From Octopus vulgaris (Eukaryota), in the NCBI GenBank assembly GCA_951406725.2, contig OX597839.1, forward strand, positions 21,452,001 to 21,516,000: a stretch of 64,000 nucleotides of DNA, written 5' to 3'. Positions within the stretch are counted from its first letter, which is position 1; every line of letters starts with the position of its first letter. The notes under the pieces are model-generated. The model did no database searches, had not been told where the DNA came from, and worked only from the letters and a program-made list of their open reading frames with translations. Positions 39,509 through 51,782 of the stretch are shown piece after piece. The translations under genes were made by a program, and so were the position numbers.

Positions 39509-39905
39509 TTATTGAACTATGTTGTTGTTTGTAATGGACTGTTAAGTCCAAAAATTGAAAAGTTATAGAAGTTGTAAGAGGTTTAATACCTCGTTTTGTG
39601 TTTGGTTTTAAAGAACAATGTTTTAGAGAAGCAGAAGTCGGCGGGCGCTTTTTGTCTTCTCCCATCCTTATCATCTTTCTTTCATTATCATTCATTTCAT
39701 TAATGTCCTTGTCCAGCCCGCAAAGCTACTCTACTCTATGGACTGCCTTTATGGCAAATGTAATGAAATAAAGAAGCTTGCTTCCAAACAACATGGTTCC
39801 GGGTTCAGTTCAATCGTTGGTATCTTGGTCTTCTACTATAGTCTCAGGCCAACCAAAGCCTTGTGAGTGAATTTACTAGGCGGAAATTGAAAGAAGCCTG
39901 TAGTG

Positions 39906-39959
<54 letters not shown>

Positions 39960-40782
39960 TGTGTGTGTGTGTGTGTTTGTGCGTGTGTCACCACTGCTTG
40001 ATAACCGGTGTTACTGTGTTTAATGTCTTCCGTAAGATAGCCGTTCGGCAAAAGATACCGACAAAATAGGTACCAGGTTTTACAGAAATGTCCTGGAGTC
40101 GATTCACTCGATTAAATATTTTTCAAGGCGATGCCCCAGCAGGGCCACAGTCTAACGACGTAAATAGGAGTGGGTAAAATTTACATATACAAAACAAAAC
40201 AGTTTGATTCAGACTCCTTGGTACTCTGAGTTTCAAGTGTGTGGCTAGTCTTCGGCCATTGAGGTCTGAATGAGAGGCCGATTGAAAAGAGTCAATATTT
40301 ATTACTGGACGTAAGCCTGCGATTGGTCTAAAAACGGTCACGCTGTATAGCGGTTTGATTTCGGTATTTTAGCGACAACAGTTAGTTGGAAAATATATCT
40401 GCACGATCAGAGTTTACAAAAAATCAATTTCTCAAAATCAGTCCCCCTCCTCTCCCCGACACGGAAGGATAAAAAAAGCAGGAAATGCTGGCAGGATTTG
40501 AACGGTCATCCCTTTGTTAGAAGAGCTATGGATCAAAGATCAATCCGAACATGGACATCCAAGCGTTTGTTCTTGTTTCGCCGATTTGACCTATATTTAT
40601 CAAGAAGTTAGAAGTGTGAGTTGAGGGAGATTGCGCTGCTATTTCTAGTAAATGCAGCGACGACGGTGAAGTCCCTTTAGTATCTTAGAAAACCAAATAT
40701 TAATTTAATTGGCCTAACCCCTTTAATTTCGGATTTAAGTTCTGTCACAAGGCCAGCAATTTCGGTGGAGGGTGTAAGTTAT

Positions 40783-40865
40783 GGCTCGAGAGTCAATACG
40801 TAGAGAAGCGACGAGAGGGGGCATCCTTGACGGACCGAACGTGCGATGTCGAAAGGTCTCGATAG
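40783..40865 (-). mobile_element. 83-bp L1/Tx1-type RT fragment inside a SINE
   Basis: Reads LSRPFDIARSVRQGCPLSSLLYVLTLEP (RQGCPLS motif). Confidence 0.75.
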
Positions 40866-41281
40866 TACAAACGGCGCTTATTTTATCGATCCCAAAAGGA
40901 TAAAAAAATTAAGCAAAGAAAAAAAGAAAAATCGATCTCTGAGGATTTGAGCATAGACACACAAAATGCCGTTAAACATTTTGCCCAGCGTTGCCTATCA
41001 ACGAATTTACTAGAATTTTCGTTATTCAACGGCGAAATTAATTATAAAACTAAAACAGGCTTTTAAAGAGTTGTCTCCCTTGAAAGACAGTTACGGGGAG
41101 ATAATTCACTTTCATAATAAAATATGAAGATATATTTTCTATCCGAGCGTCGGCCAGTCATTTTCTCCACTCTTCTCTTTCTCCTTTCGTCCGTTACCCA
41201 GTCCATTTCGTCCGACCGTTGGTTTCTCTGTCCATCCATCCGTTCCTCCCCTCTCAATCCATCTTTTTCTTCTCTCAGTTC

Positions 41282-41610
41282 ATCATCCATCCATTCCTCC
41301 ACCCACCCATCCATCCATTCCTCCACCCACCCATCCATCCATTCCTCCACCCACCCATCCATCCATTCTTCCACCCATCCATACATCCATCCATTCCTCC
41401 ACCCACCTATCCATACATCCATCCATTCCTCCACTCACCCATCCATTCCTCCACCCATCCATCCATTCTTCCACCCACCCATTCATCCACCCATCCATAC
41501 ATCCATCCATTCCTCCACCCATCCATCCATCCATTCCTCCACCCATCCATCCATCCACCCATCCATTCCTCCACCCACCCACCCATCCATTCCTCCACCC
41601 ACCCATTCAT
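41282..41610. repeat. (CCAT/CCAC/TTCCTCC) complex minisatellite
   Basis: Unit approximately ccatccattcctccacccac. Confidence 0.95.
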
Positions 41611-41980
41611 CCTCTTTTGTCCGTCTTCCCTTTGCCCCGTCCATTCCGTTTCTTCGCCCGTCAACCACCCCACTCCGTTTCGCTGTTGGTCAGTTCCTCC
41701 TTCGTATCTCCATTCATGCGCTGTTTCAGGGGTCGGCCTGAGGAATGGAAAGACGAACGGAAGGACCAGGGACAAAAGAAAGACATGGGATGCATAAATA
41801 CGGATATACATGGATGGGTGTTCGGATGTGTGCATGGATGAAATTATAGACCCCTGGGTGAGTGGAGAAGTGACTGGATGGCCTGAGGGAAGCTTTGAGG
41901 AATGGATTCAAGGATGTAGGGGTAGAATAATGCTTGCATGAATGGTTGGATAGATAAATAGATGTTTGAATTGATAGATG

Positions 41981-42738
41981 CATGGATGGATGGATGGATG
42001 GGTGGAAGAATGGATGGAGGGATGGGTGGAGGAATAGATGGATGGATGGGTGGATGGGTGGGTGGAGGAATGGATGGATGGATGGGTGGAAGAATGGATG
42101 GATGGATGGGTGGAGGAATAGATGGATGGATGGGTGGATGGGTGGGTGGAGGAATGGATGGATGGATGGGTGGAAGAATGGATGGATGGATGGGTGGAGG
42201 AATGGATGGATGGATGGATGGGTGGAGGAATGGATGGATGGATGGGTGGGTGGAGGAATGGATGGATGGGTGGAGGAATGGATGGATGTATGGATGGGTG
42301 GAAGAATGGATGGATGGATGGGTGGGTGGAAGAATGGATGGATGGATGGGTGGGTGGAGGAATGGATGGATGGATGGGTGGGTGGAGGAATGGATGGATG
42401 GGTGGGTGGGTGGAGGAATGGATGGATGGGTGGGTGGAGGAATGGATGGGTGGGTGGAAGAATGGATGGATGTATGGATGGGTGGAAGGATGTATGGATG
42501 GGTGGAAGAATGGATGGATGGATGGGTGGATGGAAGAATGGATGGATGGAAGAATGGACGGATGGATGGGTGGAGGAATGGATGGATGTATGGATGGGTG
42601 GAAGAATGGATGGATGGATGGATGGGTGGAGGAATGGATGGATGGATGGGTGGGTGGAGGAATGGATGGATGGGTGGGTGGGTGGATGGATGGATGGATG
42701 GATGGGTGGAGGAATGGATGGATGGATGGGTGGGTGGA
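41981..42738. repeat. (ATGG/GTGG/GGAGGAA) complex minisatellite, inverse of 41282-41610
   Basis: Unit approximately gtgggtggaggaatggatgg. Confidence 0.95.
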
Positions 42739-43177
42739 GTGAAGCATCAATGCTGAAAGAGATTCCCTGCTAAATAAGAACATGGCATCTGTCAACATAA
42801 TTTACGTTTGGCAGATGCAAAAACGCACGAGGGGTGGATGGCTGCTGCAGCAAATGGCGCTGGCGATTCTCTGCTGCAGCACCTTTGCAATCATGTCCAC
42901 GGCTGTTGTGTTTCTCTGTCCATCCATTTCTCCGTCTGTCCGTTCCTCCAATGGTGTTCAACTCACCATTTGGTCTGGAATGTTACTCCCACCCCCCAAC
43001 CCTATTTTCTGCAGCTTACCCCCCCCCACACACACACACCTTTTTCTTTTTTTCTTTGTTCCCTTTCTGAAGTGGATCTTTTATATCTTTTAATGTTTTC
43101 CCGCCCTTTTCTTCCTGCAAATATATTCATAAAACAAACTCTAACCCCCCTCCAAAAAAAAAAAAAAATTTACAATA

Positions 43178-43585
43178 GGCGCAGGAGTGGCTGTGTGGTA
43201 AGTAGCTTGCTAACTAACCACATGGTTCCAGGTTCAGTCCCACTGCGTGGCATCTTGGGCAAGTGTCTTCTGCTATAGCCCCGGGCCGACCAATGCCTTG
43301 TGAGTGGATTTGGTGGACGGAAACTGAAAGAAGCCTGTCGTATATACGTATGTATATGTATATGTGTGTGTGTTTGTGTGTGTGTGTTTCTCCCCCTAGC
43401 ATTGCTTGACAACCGATGCTGGTGTGTTTACATCCCCGTCACTTAGCGGTTCGGCAAAAGAGACCGATAGAATAAGTACTGGGCTTACAAAAGAATAAGT
43501 CCCGGGGCCAAGTTGCTCGACTAAAGGCGGTGCTCCAGCATGGCCGCAGTCAAATGACTGAAACAAGTAAAAGAGTAAAAGAGTA
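43178..43585 (+). mobile_element. SINE family A
   Basis: Full-length copy. Confidence 0.9.
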
Positions 43586-43649
43586 AGTTGGTTGAGAAAG
43601 AAAACAATAAATTAAACAAAAATAAATAACAAAACAAAACTGTTTAAAT

Positions 43650-44372
43650 TATTTCTTTACTTCAAAAAAAAATTTATTCTTAATCATAATTATGCGATAA
43701 ATTAAAAGACAGGCTAAATAAATACACTTTATTACATTTTATTTTGTGTCTTTTTTTTTTTTGTTGTTGGTATTTTTTTTTTCTATCAGATATCAATCTA
43801 ATCAATAAATGATAGGAATTGAGAAAAATCAAAGATTTTGGTCCATGAAATTCCTCTCGAAAACCTCCTGTGGAATTTGTTGCTCACCATAATTGGTCGT
43901 TTGTCAAAATTGGTTGGAGATCGGAGAGAATCCATGGAGTGTTGTTTAACCCCAGGTCAGTGGTCATCGACTGAAGCAATCCAGCCTGTCTTTTTTTATT
44001 AGCTAGGCAAAGTGTATATAGGGGTACATTATCCAATTTGTCCTGCCAGTTTTTAAAGACAGCAGACTATCGTTTTAGAGTGAGTTTAGCTACCGTTTCT
44101 ACAAGGTTCAGCAGCCATGGAAAGGCTCTCTTTTTTTTTTTCTTCTTTCTTCCTTTTGGTTCCTGTGTTAAAATGGTCAAGTGGAAGCAAATAGGAATGG
44201 TCTGTCTGTGTGTCTCCTTTGAGTCCTGAAGTAAAATGGCTTGTAATTGGCAGATCTGAAGTTTTTGGTTTAACAAACTGTTTTTGGAGCAGATTACAGG
44301 AGTCACATCATCACCATCACCCTCATCACCATCATCATCATCAACAACAAAATCACTATCACCATTTGCACC

Positions 44373-44404
<32 letters not shown>

Positions 44405-45469
44405 CACCGAGGGCAATTCAATTAAATCGTTTTGAAACAATCAACTCTGATAAAGAACTAATCAAAATAATTAATGGTACCTAATTAGGGCTGTAATTTT
44501 GAAGGGAAGGGAAGGATGTTAGTTGTCTGGACTGGTTCATTATTTAATCGACCCAGGAGGGATGAAAGGCACAGGTGACTTCGATGGGGTTCGAACACAG
44601 AATGTAAAAAGACCTGAACAAATAGCACAACGCATTTGGTCTGATTCTCTACCGATTCTGTGAATTCACATCGATGATCATTTCTAGTTAGGATTACAGA
44701 GACATGATGCCAGAAATTCGAGGGGGAAAGGTAGACATAGCCTACATTAATAGGTGCCTTGTGGTGTTCTAAAGACTCCGCCGGTTACGACGACGAGGGT
44801 CCCAGCTGATACGATCAACGGAACAGCTTGCTCGTGAAGTTAACGTGCAAATGGCTGAGCATTCCACAGACACGTGTACCCTTAACGTAGTTCTCGGGGA
44901 TAATCAGCGTGACACAGAGAGTGACAAGGCTGACCCTTTGAAATACAAGTACAACTCATTTTTGCCAGCTGAGTGGACTGGAGCAACGTGAAATAAAGTG
45001 TCTTGCTCAAGGACACAACGCGTCGCCGGGAATCGAACTCACAACCTTACGATCATGAGCCGAATGCCCTAACCACTAAGCTACGCGCCCTCACTTGTGG
45101 TGTTCACAGAAATCCTGGAGGGATTAAAGGGAGACAACTGACGTAGAGTTGACGGGGATACAAAGGGAGATAACTCAGAGGTTAATACCAGACAAAAATA
45201 GTTTTGAAATTAAATTGAATTGGTCTTCCTTTTCTTTCTTCTCTCCACTCTCTGCTCTTGGAGGAATTTATGGTGTGTGAATGTGTGTGCGTGCGTGTGT
45301 GTGTGTGAGTGTGTGTGTGTGTGTGTGTGCTGTGAGTGAGTACTATGGTACGTACGTATGTGAGTTACTGTAATATGGAACTTGTGAATATGTTAGTATG
45401 TTGTGAAATAGAAAAAAGAAAGACAGAGAGACAGAGAGAGAGAGAGAGAGGCAGACAGAAAGTCTAAAA

Positions 45470-45503
<34 letters not shown>

Positions 45504-46306
45504 TGTGTGTGTTTTTCGAAAACTGCAGAAGAGCGGATGAGAAGAAGCAAGGGGAATTGGTTTTTCGAAAAGCAGGGTCACTCAATCAATGACATCTCAA
45601 GATTTCCTCATTGTTGTTGTTGTTGTTGTTGTTATTGGGAGGGGAGGGGGTGTCAGTCATGGACGTCGCGGTAGTGGTGGTCTGTTATGGACGATTGCTC
45701 CAAACAAAGGTATGGACGGCACGGTCACTGTTTAACCTCAACCCAGTTCTGTTACAACAGATACAGTTCTGATAATGAAAGGCACTCCAGCCATGACCAT
45801 GCCATCCGTTCATATATCTAATGCTAACTTGTCCTATGTGTCTTTGTTTTCTCTTAAGATAGTGTGATGATTCGAGGGCGATCTGGCTGCTCTTTCTAGA
45901 ATGTTAGGTAACTGCATAGCAGCAAAGAGATTTCTGTTACAAAGGGCAAACATCAAGTCCCTAAGAACTTGTGGGGTCCCATCTTTAGTACCAGGACCAA
46001 AACCTTAACAACCTGTGGGACCCCTCTTTTAGAATGAGGGTCAAGTCCCAAACAACTTATGAGATCCCATCTGTGTCAAGAAAAATAACGAATCGTTAAT
46101 TTTACAAATTAATTGACATGGAATTAAATTGCTGTTTTGGTCTGAAGGATTAAACTGGGTTTAATAGGGTTTTGTGGGATGTGGTCGGTAGGGGACAAAA
46201 ATAGGGAGACACTTTGTTGAGGATTTGCATAAAGGCATGGGTTGTAGTGGGTGGTTAGAGATTAAGGCATTTGGTAAGACAAGACTGGCAGAGCGCTGAA
46301 GACTTA

Positions 46307-46349
<43 letters not shown>

Positions 46350-46362
46350 ATTTATATATATG

Positions 46363-46396
<34 letters not shown>

Positions 46397-47025
46397 TTAT
46401 ATATACACACATTTTATATATTTTTATAGACATATACACATTACATATATAGATGTATGTATGCATGTATATTTACATAAAACAACATACACATCAGAAA
46501 TATATATATGCACGCACACAGAGATTTAATCTATATAGTCACACAAACTCATTAATATATACAGTATAGACACACAGCTACACACACATTTTATCTCTCT
46601 CTCTCTCTCTCTCCTAACAGAACTACAAACACGCACACAAACACACATCTCCCATTTCACACCCACTCATGCTTGAGCACACCTCATTGTTTGTATGTGT
46701 TATATATTCCAAATTCTGTACAGTGTTGTTGTCAATGTTCTCTGTACAATGGTAAGAGGGAAATGGCACCAAAATTCTCCTTGTCTCCTCCAAGAGGTTC
46801 ATTCAATGAAGAGATAAGGGAAGAAGTTTGGTTGGTCAGTTGGTTTGTTAGTTGGTAAATTTGCAATCTTTTGGTTTCCAAAGATGGCCCTCCCCATTGA
46901 CTGAGTTGGTGAAGATAAAGGTAAGCAAATTGGTAAGATTGCAGTTCCTTGCTTCAATGAGTGACCTCCAGAAAACAGCAACTCTTGGAGATTTGGTCAA
47001 CTTTCTGCTAAGTTTAGGAATTAAT
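43650..47025 (-). other. Probable terminal 3'-UTR exon of the AFAP1-like gene
   Basis: Donor TTG|gtgagt at 49267 follows the stop; strong acceptor ttttgttctttctccactttcag at 47026; minus-strand AATAAA at 43673-43678 and 43728-43733 followed by U/GU-rich sequence. The 3' end is approximate. Confidence 0.45.
44770..45093 (-). mobile_element. tRNA-derived SINE, C/D mosaic
   Basis: 12-bp TSD cttgtggtgttc at 44758-44769 and 45094-45105; decayed relative at 28730-29026. Confidence 0.85.
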
Positions 47026-47118
47026 CTGAAAGTGGAGAAAGAACAAAAGAGAGAAAATTCAATTCTGAGAAACTGGAAAATTGAAGAAAAAAATGAATTA
47101 AAACAAAAACACACATCA

Positions 47119-47545
47119 GGCGCAGGAGTGGCTGTGTGGTAAGTAGCTTGCTAACCAACCACATGGTTCCGGGTTCAGTCCCACTCGTGCATCCACTGCG
47201 TGGCACCTTGGGCAAGTGTCTTCTGCTATAGCTTTCCCGGGCCGACCAATGCCTTGTGAGTGGATTTGGCAGACGGAAACAGAAAGAAGCCTGTCGTATA
47301 TATGTATATATATATATATGTGTGTGTGTGTCTGTGTTTGTCCCCCTAGCATTGCTTGACAACCGATGCTGGTGTGTTTACGTCCCCGTCACTTAGCGGT
47401 TCGGCAAAAGAGACCGATAGAATAAGTACTTGGCTTACAATGAATGATAAGTCCCGGGGTCGATTTGCTCAACTAAAGGTGGTGCTCCAGCATGGCCGCA
47501 GTCAAATGACTGAAACAAGTAAAAGAGTAAAGAGAGAGTAAAAGA
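47119..47545 (+). mobile_element. SINE family A
   Basis: Full-length copy with a small internal duplication. Further partial copies at ~4837, 13911, 15512, 22150, 25150, 25464, 36100, 39770 and 57830. Confidence 0.9.
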
Positions 47546-47816
47546 GACACCACAGTTACTACTACCAGAACTGATGCGATCACATCGTGCACATATGGCT
47601 GTGATGCACATGCCTGGTGCACCCATGTCAGATGGGTAATCACAATGGGTATATTGGGTTTTGTATATTTGGACCTCAACATCACTTTGATGGTGGCTGT
47701 GCTGCTCAATGATAATAATAATGTGAAATTTTGAGGGTGGGGACCAAGTCAATCACATCAACCCCAGTGTGCAACTGGTACTTATTTTATCTGAAAAGAT
47801 GAAAGACAAAGTCAGT

Positions 47817-48290
47817 TGCAGCAGTATTTGAATCTAACTAGAAAGGGTATGGCCTGGTCAGCCTGTAATGACATGCATAAGATCTGGTCATCAAATCTAA
47901 GTAGAGACTTCAAACTTGAAATCTTCAAAGCCACAGTCGAACCAATTCTACTGGATGGCTCAGAAACCTGGACGTTAACAAAGAAGCTTGAGAGGCGGTT
48001 GGATGGAACCTACACTCGACTCCTTATGTGTCATCTCTTGTGAAAGGTAGGAGAGTCCAGTTTGCTGGACATTGTTGTAGAGCTGAAAAAGAAGTAATTT
48101 CTACTATTCTCCTCTGGAAGCCATCTACTCACGATACCAGAGGGCGCACACTCTCCTACCCTGATGTAATCTCCAGGGATACAGGCATCCAGCAACAGGA
48201 CCTCCGTAATGCTATGATGGACCGTGAAGTCTGGCGTAACATAGTAAATTCCATTGTCTCGACCACGGTCGAACAATGATGATGATGAAT
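47817..48290 (+). mobile_element. RTE-clade LINE 3' fragment
   Basis: IFKATVEPILLDGSETWTLTKKLERRLDG, RRVQFAGHC and AMMDREVWR; stop followed by a (GAT)n tail; inserted in a SINE. Confidence 0.85.
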
Positions 48291-49295
48291 GATTTGAACC
48301 CAGAGTGTAAAGCATTTTCTCCAGTGTGCTAATGACTGTGCCAGTTAACATCAACATCAACAACAATAGTTTGAAATTTTGCCACAAGGGCAGCAATTTA
48401 GGAGAAGGGGATGAGTCAATTACACAGCGACGAGTGAAATACTGCTTAGCATTTTGTCCAGTGTGCTAATGACTCTGCCAGTTCACCTCATTAATAATAA
48501 TAATAATTTTGATGATAATAATAATAACAATAGCTTCAAATTTTGACACATGACCAGTAAGTTCAGGGTGGGAGATAAGTCGATTCACTGACCCAAGTGA
48601 TCAATGAGTAATTATTTTATGAACCCTAAAAAGGGATGAAAGGCACTGCCAACCTCGGTAGAATTCAAGACAGACGAAATGCCACAAAGCACTTTTGTCT
48701 GACAAGTTGATGATTCTGCCAGCTTGCTGCATTGTAACAACAACAACAACAACAATAAAAGGGAAAAAAGCCCTCATTAAGGGGGGAGGGAGCTTAAAGG
48801 GGTGAGAGGGGTTTGGGCTTAACAGATCAGTGTAATGAACAAGGAAGAACTGTCAGTAATGGGAGTTATAAAGGACTGAGAACAGCCATTAGGGTTTTAA
48901 ACAGATTGAGGCTAATATAAGTAAACCCTTAACAAGGGGTCACTCTAATCTGGTTAAAGGAGATGGTTGAGGGGTTTAGAAGTTTGTTTTGCAGTTATGA
49001 GGTCCCAAGTTCAATGCCACAACCTGGTTTCTTAGGCAAGCGTCACCATTGCCTCAGATTGACCCAGACACTGGCTCAATCAAAACTGTGAGGAAGCCCA
49101 TCAAATAGAAGGCACCAGTAATTGAATGGTCCAGATTTGTCGTGGTTACAAGTGTCCGTGGAGTACTCAGCCATTTCTACATTAATTTAAGAAACTTCAG
49201 TTGATTAAATAAAGAAAGAAATGTCCAACTGTTGGTGGGGAGTCAGGATTGGGCAACCATTACTCACCAAATCTAGGAACAAAACATCGTCCATA

Positions 49296-49488
49296 TTAGG
49301 CATCTGACACAGAAAATCTTGATGCTTCATCCTCCTCATCCGCTTCTTCACTCTTCAGCATCTTCTCCAGTTTACTTATTTCTTCATCCGTCACACGACA
49401 TTCATTATCAAGTCGATTGTATTCCTCTTCATACTCTAATCGCTCGTTGCTATCACTCGCTCGCAGTTTCTTGTCTCGTGTTGCAATT
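49296..49488 (-). CDS. AFAP1: AFAP1-like gene, last coding exon with coiled coil (RIATRDKKLR...YEEEYNRLDNECRVTDEEISKLEKML...DA*)
   Basis: Acceptor tatatttcag, phase 2, TAA at 49298-49296. The heptad pattern L..ECR..E.E...LE resembles the AFAP1 C-terminal leucine zipper. The seven exons sum to 1884 nt (628 codons). Confidence 0.8.
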
Positions 49489-49529
49489 CTGAAATATAAA
49501 AAAAGCTTCATTTTACAAATTCACCATCA

Positions 49530-49830
49530 ACATCATCATCATCATCATCATCATCATCGTTTAACGTCCGTTCTCCATGCTAGCATGGGTTGGACGGTTC
49601 GACCGGGGATCTGGGAAGCCAGAAGGCTGCACCAGGCTCCAGTCTAATCTGGCAATGTTTCTACAGCTGGATGCCCTTCCTAACGCCAACCACTCCGTGA
49701 GTGTAGTGGGTGCTTTTTACGTGCCACCTGCACAGGTGCCAGGCGAGGCTGGCAATGGCCACGGTCGGATTGGTGTATTTTATGTGCCACTGGCACGGAA
49801 GCCAGTCGAGGCGGTGCTGGCATCGGCCAC
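49530..49830 (-). mobile_element. SINE 3' part with (GAT)n tail (family F)
   Basis: Reverse strand ggcgttaggaagggcatccagctgtagaaac...ccaacccatgctagcatgg...acgttaaacgatgatgat; copies at ~58078-58230 and 63140-63250. Confidence 0.75.
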
Positions 49831-50498
49831 GAGAATTCGTTATTTTTAATTTTCCGTATTTCACAATAAAGTTTGTCTACTTAACATCCATTTCTTTCTT
49901 TGAGAAGTATTCAAAGGCAGGATTTTATGACTGAAGCCCCTGACAGGAGCCCCTGCTATCTCAGCCCCCATCATCATCCTCATCTTTATTCTAAGTGGCC
50001 TCAAACTGGTAACTTCAGGGTTTACTTGCCTCTGTGTCACACACAGGTCAGGTGGTCAGGTGTTGGGGCATGTTGCTACATTCACCATTTGTCAAGCTAT
50101 TCCTGGGTCTGCCTGGGTGACCCACAGAGCAGAATCTCACTCAGTCCCCATCTCTGCAAGATACCACTTCATCTGCTGTGACCATGTGGCAGACCAACAT
50201 GAGCCATCAACCCAACCGGATCCTCAGTGAAAAGAACACAGTAAGTAAGGTCTAAGTCAGGAAAACTGAGCAACATGACCAAACAGCCTGAGCTGACACT
50301 CCAGAATCGTACAATTAACAAGACTCACCCCAGTTTCTGAGCAGAGTCGTTGGTTGGATACAAAATCTATTCAATGGTAATCCATAATCCTGCAAAGTGC
50401 CCGGGTACTGGATTCCTGTAGATTTTCCATCATCCTAATTACACTCCCAAACCATTCCCTTCCAAATAGAATTCCTCTGTCCCAATTGTTCAACTGAC

Positions 50499-50610
50499 CT
50501 GTTTTGTTTCAAACTGACCAGTTTAGATCTCATCTCGTCCAACTTGGTCTGGAGGATGTCTGCTGGACGGTCCACATGGCCAGTCGATTTCCGAAACGGT
50601 GCCGCTGCCG
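50499..50610 (-). CDS. AFAP1-like gene, exon starting the coiled coil (AAAAPFRKSTGHVDRPADILQTKLDEMRSKLVSLKQN)
   Basis: Acceptor tttcttctttccag and donor AG|gtcagt; 112 nt, phase 1-2. Confidence 0.85.
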
Positions 50611-51193
50611 CTGGAAAGAAGAAATACAAAGAGACAAAATTCAAAACATAAGAATTCTCTCAAGAATTGGGGGAGCGAGGGGGAAGACTTGGTCACATGG
50701 TTAAGTTCCCTATGAAAACATGGTGTTGTAGGTTCTGGGAATCCTGAGGAAGTGTCTTTTACTCTTCATCAACAGAAACAAGAAATGCTATTGTTCTTGG
50801 AGGGATAGATTTCCTCCATTGCCTAGTTTAACACCAACACCTACCCCCATCCGCCACCCGGCCCTTGGCTACCTTCAGTAGAGTCCATTCTGCTGGAAGT
50901 AGAATATTTGCAATATTTTGCTGGAAATCTTTATGTTCTGAGTTCAAATCCTAACAATGTCTTTAATCTATTAAATCCCAGTCATATACTGGGATCAACA
51001 GAATCGATTATTTTGTCCCTAAAATTTCTGGTTTTGTACCCTTTGTAGGAAAGATAATCAACTTCAGGTTAACCACAACCATCCCAACCAGTCATAGTCT
51101 ACCTTGGACTAAATTATCTGTTGAATGCTTCTCTTTTTTTTTTAAGATCATAAGGAAGTGAGTTGAGGAAGATTTGGCTGCTATTTTTCACAT

Positions 51194-51460
51194 GGGCATA
51201 TGGCATAGTGGTTAAGAGCGTAGGCTACTAACCCCAAGATTCCGAGTTCGATTCCAGGCAGTGACCTGAACAACAACAACATCATCATCATCACCATCAC
51301 CACCATCATCATCATCATCATCGAAAAATACCTTGGGAATGAGAACCCAGGTTCAAAATTTCCCCAAGACACCTGATGAAGGCTGAAGGGTATATCAGCC
51401 GAAACGTGTTAACAACAAACAAGATGAGGACAAATATCCATCAATTGTAAACAACGATTC
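51194..51460 (+). mobile_element. tRNA-headed SINE-like element with hammerhead-like 3' module
   Basis: A box tggcatagtgg (51201-51211), B box gttcgattcc (51246-51255), (CAA/CAT)n linker, then CTGATGA-a-ggctga/tcagcc-GAAAC at 51373-51405. Confidence 0.7.
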
Positions 51461-51782
51461 ATAAATTAGTTTGAAACTTTCTCATTTGGTTTGATTTTCC
51501 TTTATTCTGTGATGCAGTGGCCCTCATTACTCTCTTATATTTCTCCTTACTGTATCCACACTACAAGACAAGATGCAGTTGGAATTGGCAAAATGCTTAG
51601 CAGCATTTAGTCCACCTTCACACATTCTGAGTTCAAATATCGCCATGGTCAACTTTGCTTTTCATCTTTTCAATGGGGTCAATGGAATTGATTCATCCCC
51701 TCCCTCAAAACTGCTGGCCTTGTGCCAAAATTCAAAACCAATATAAGATGGGTGGGGAGAGGTAGTTAAAGACCTGTCTTAC

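Noticed and set aside
41063-42798. Trp/Met/Gly- and His/Pro-rich ORFs of 200-300 aa
   Set aside because: Open in nearly all frames because of the minisatellite; no coding signature.
46852-47142. 96-aa plus-strand ORF
   Set aside because: No ATG start or recognisable domain; antisense to the putative UTR acceptor and runs into a SINE.
50322-50328. Extra minus-strand GTGAGT donor downstream of exon 50499-50610
   Set aside because: Using it would include a stop at 50437-50435; the 50498 donor already gives a consistent frame.
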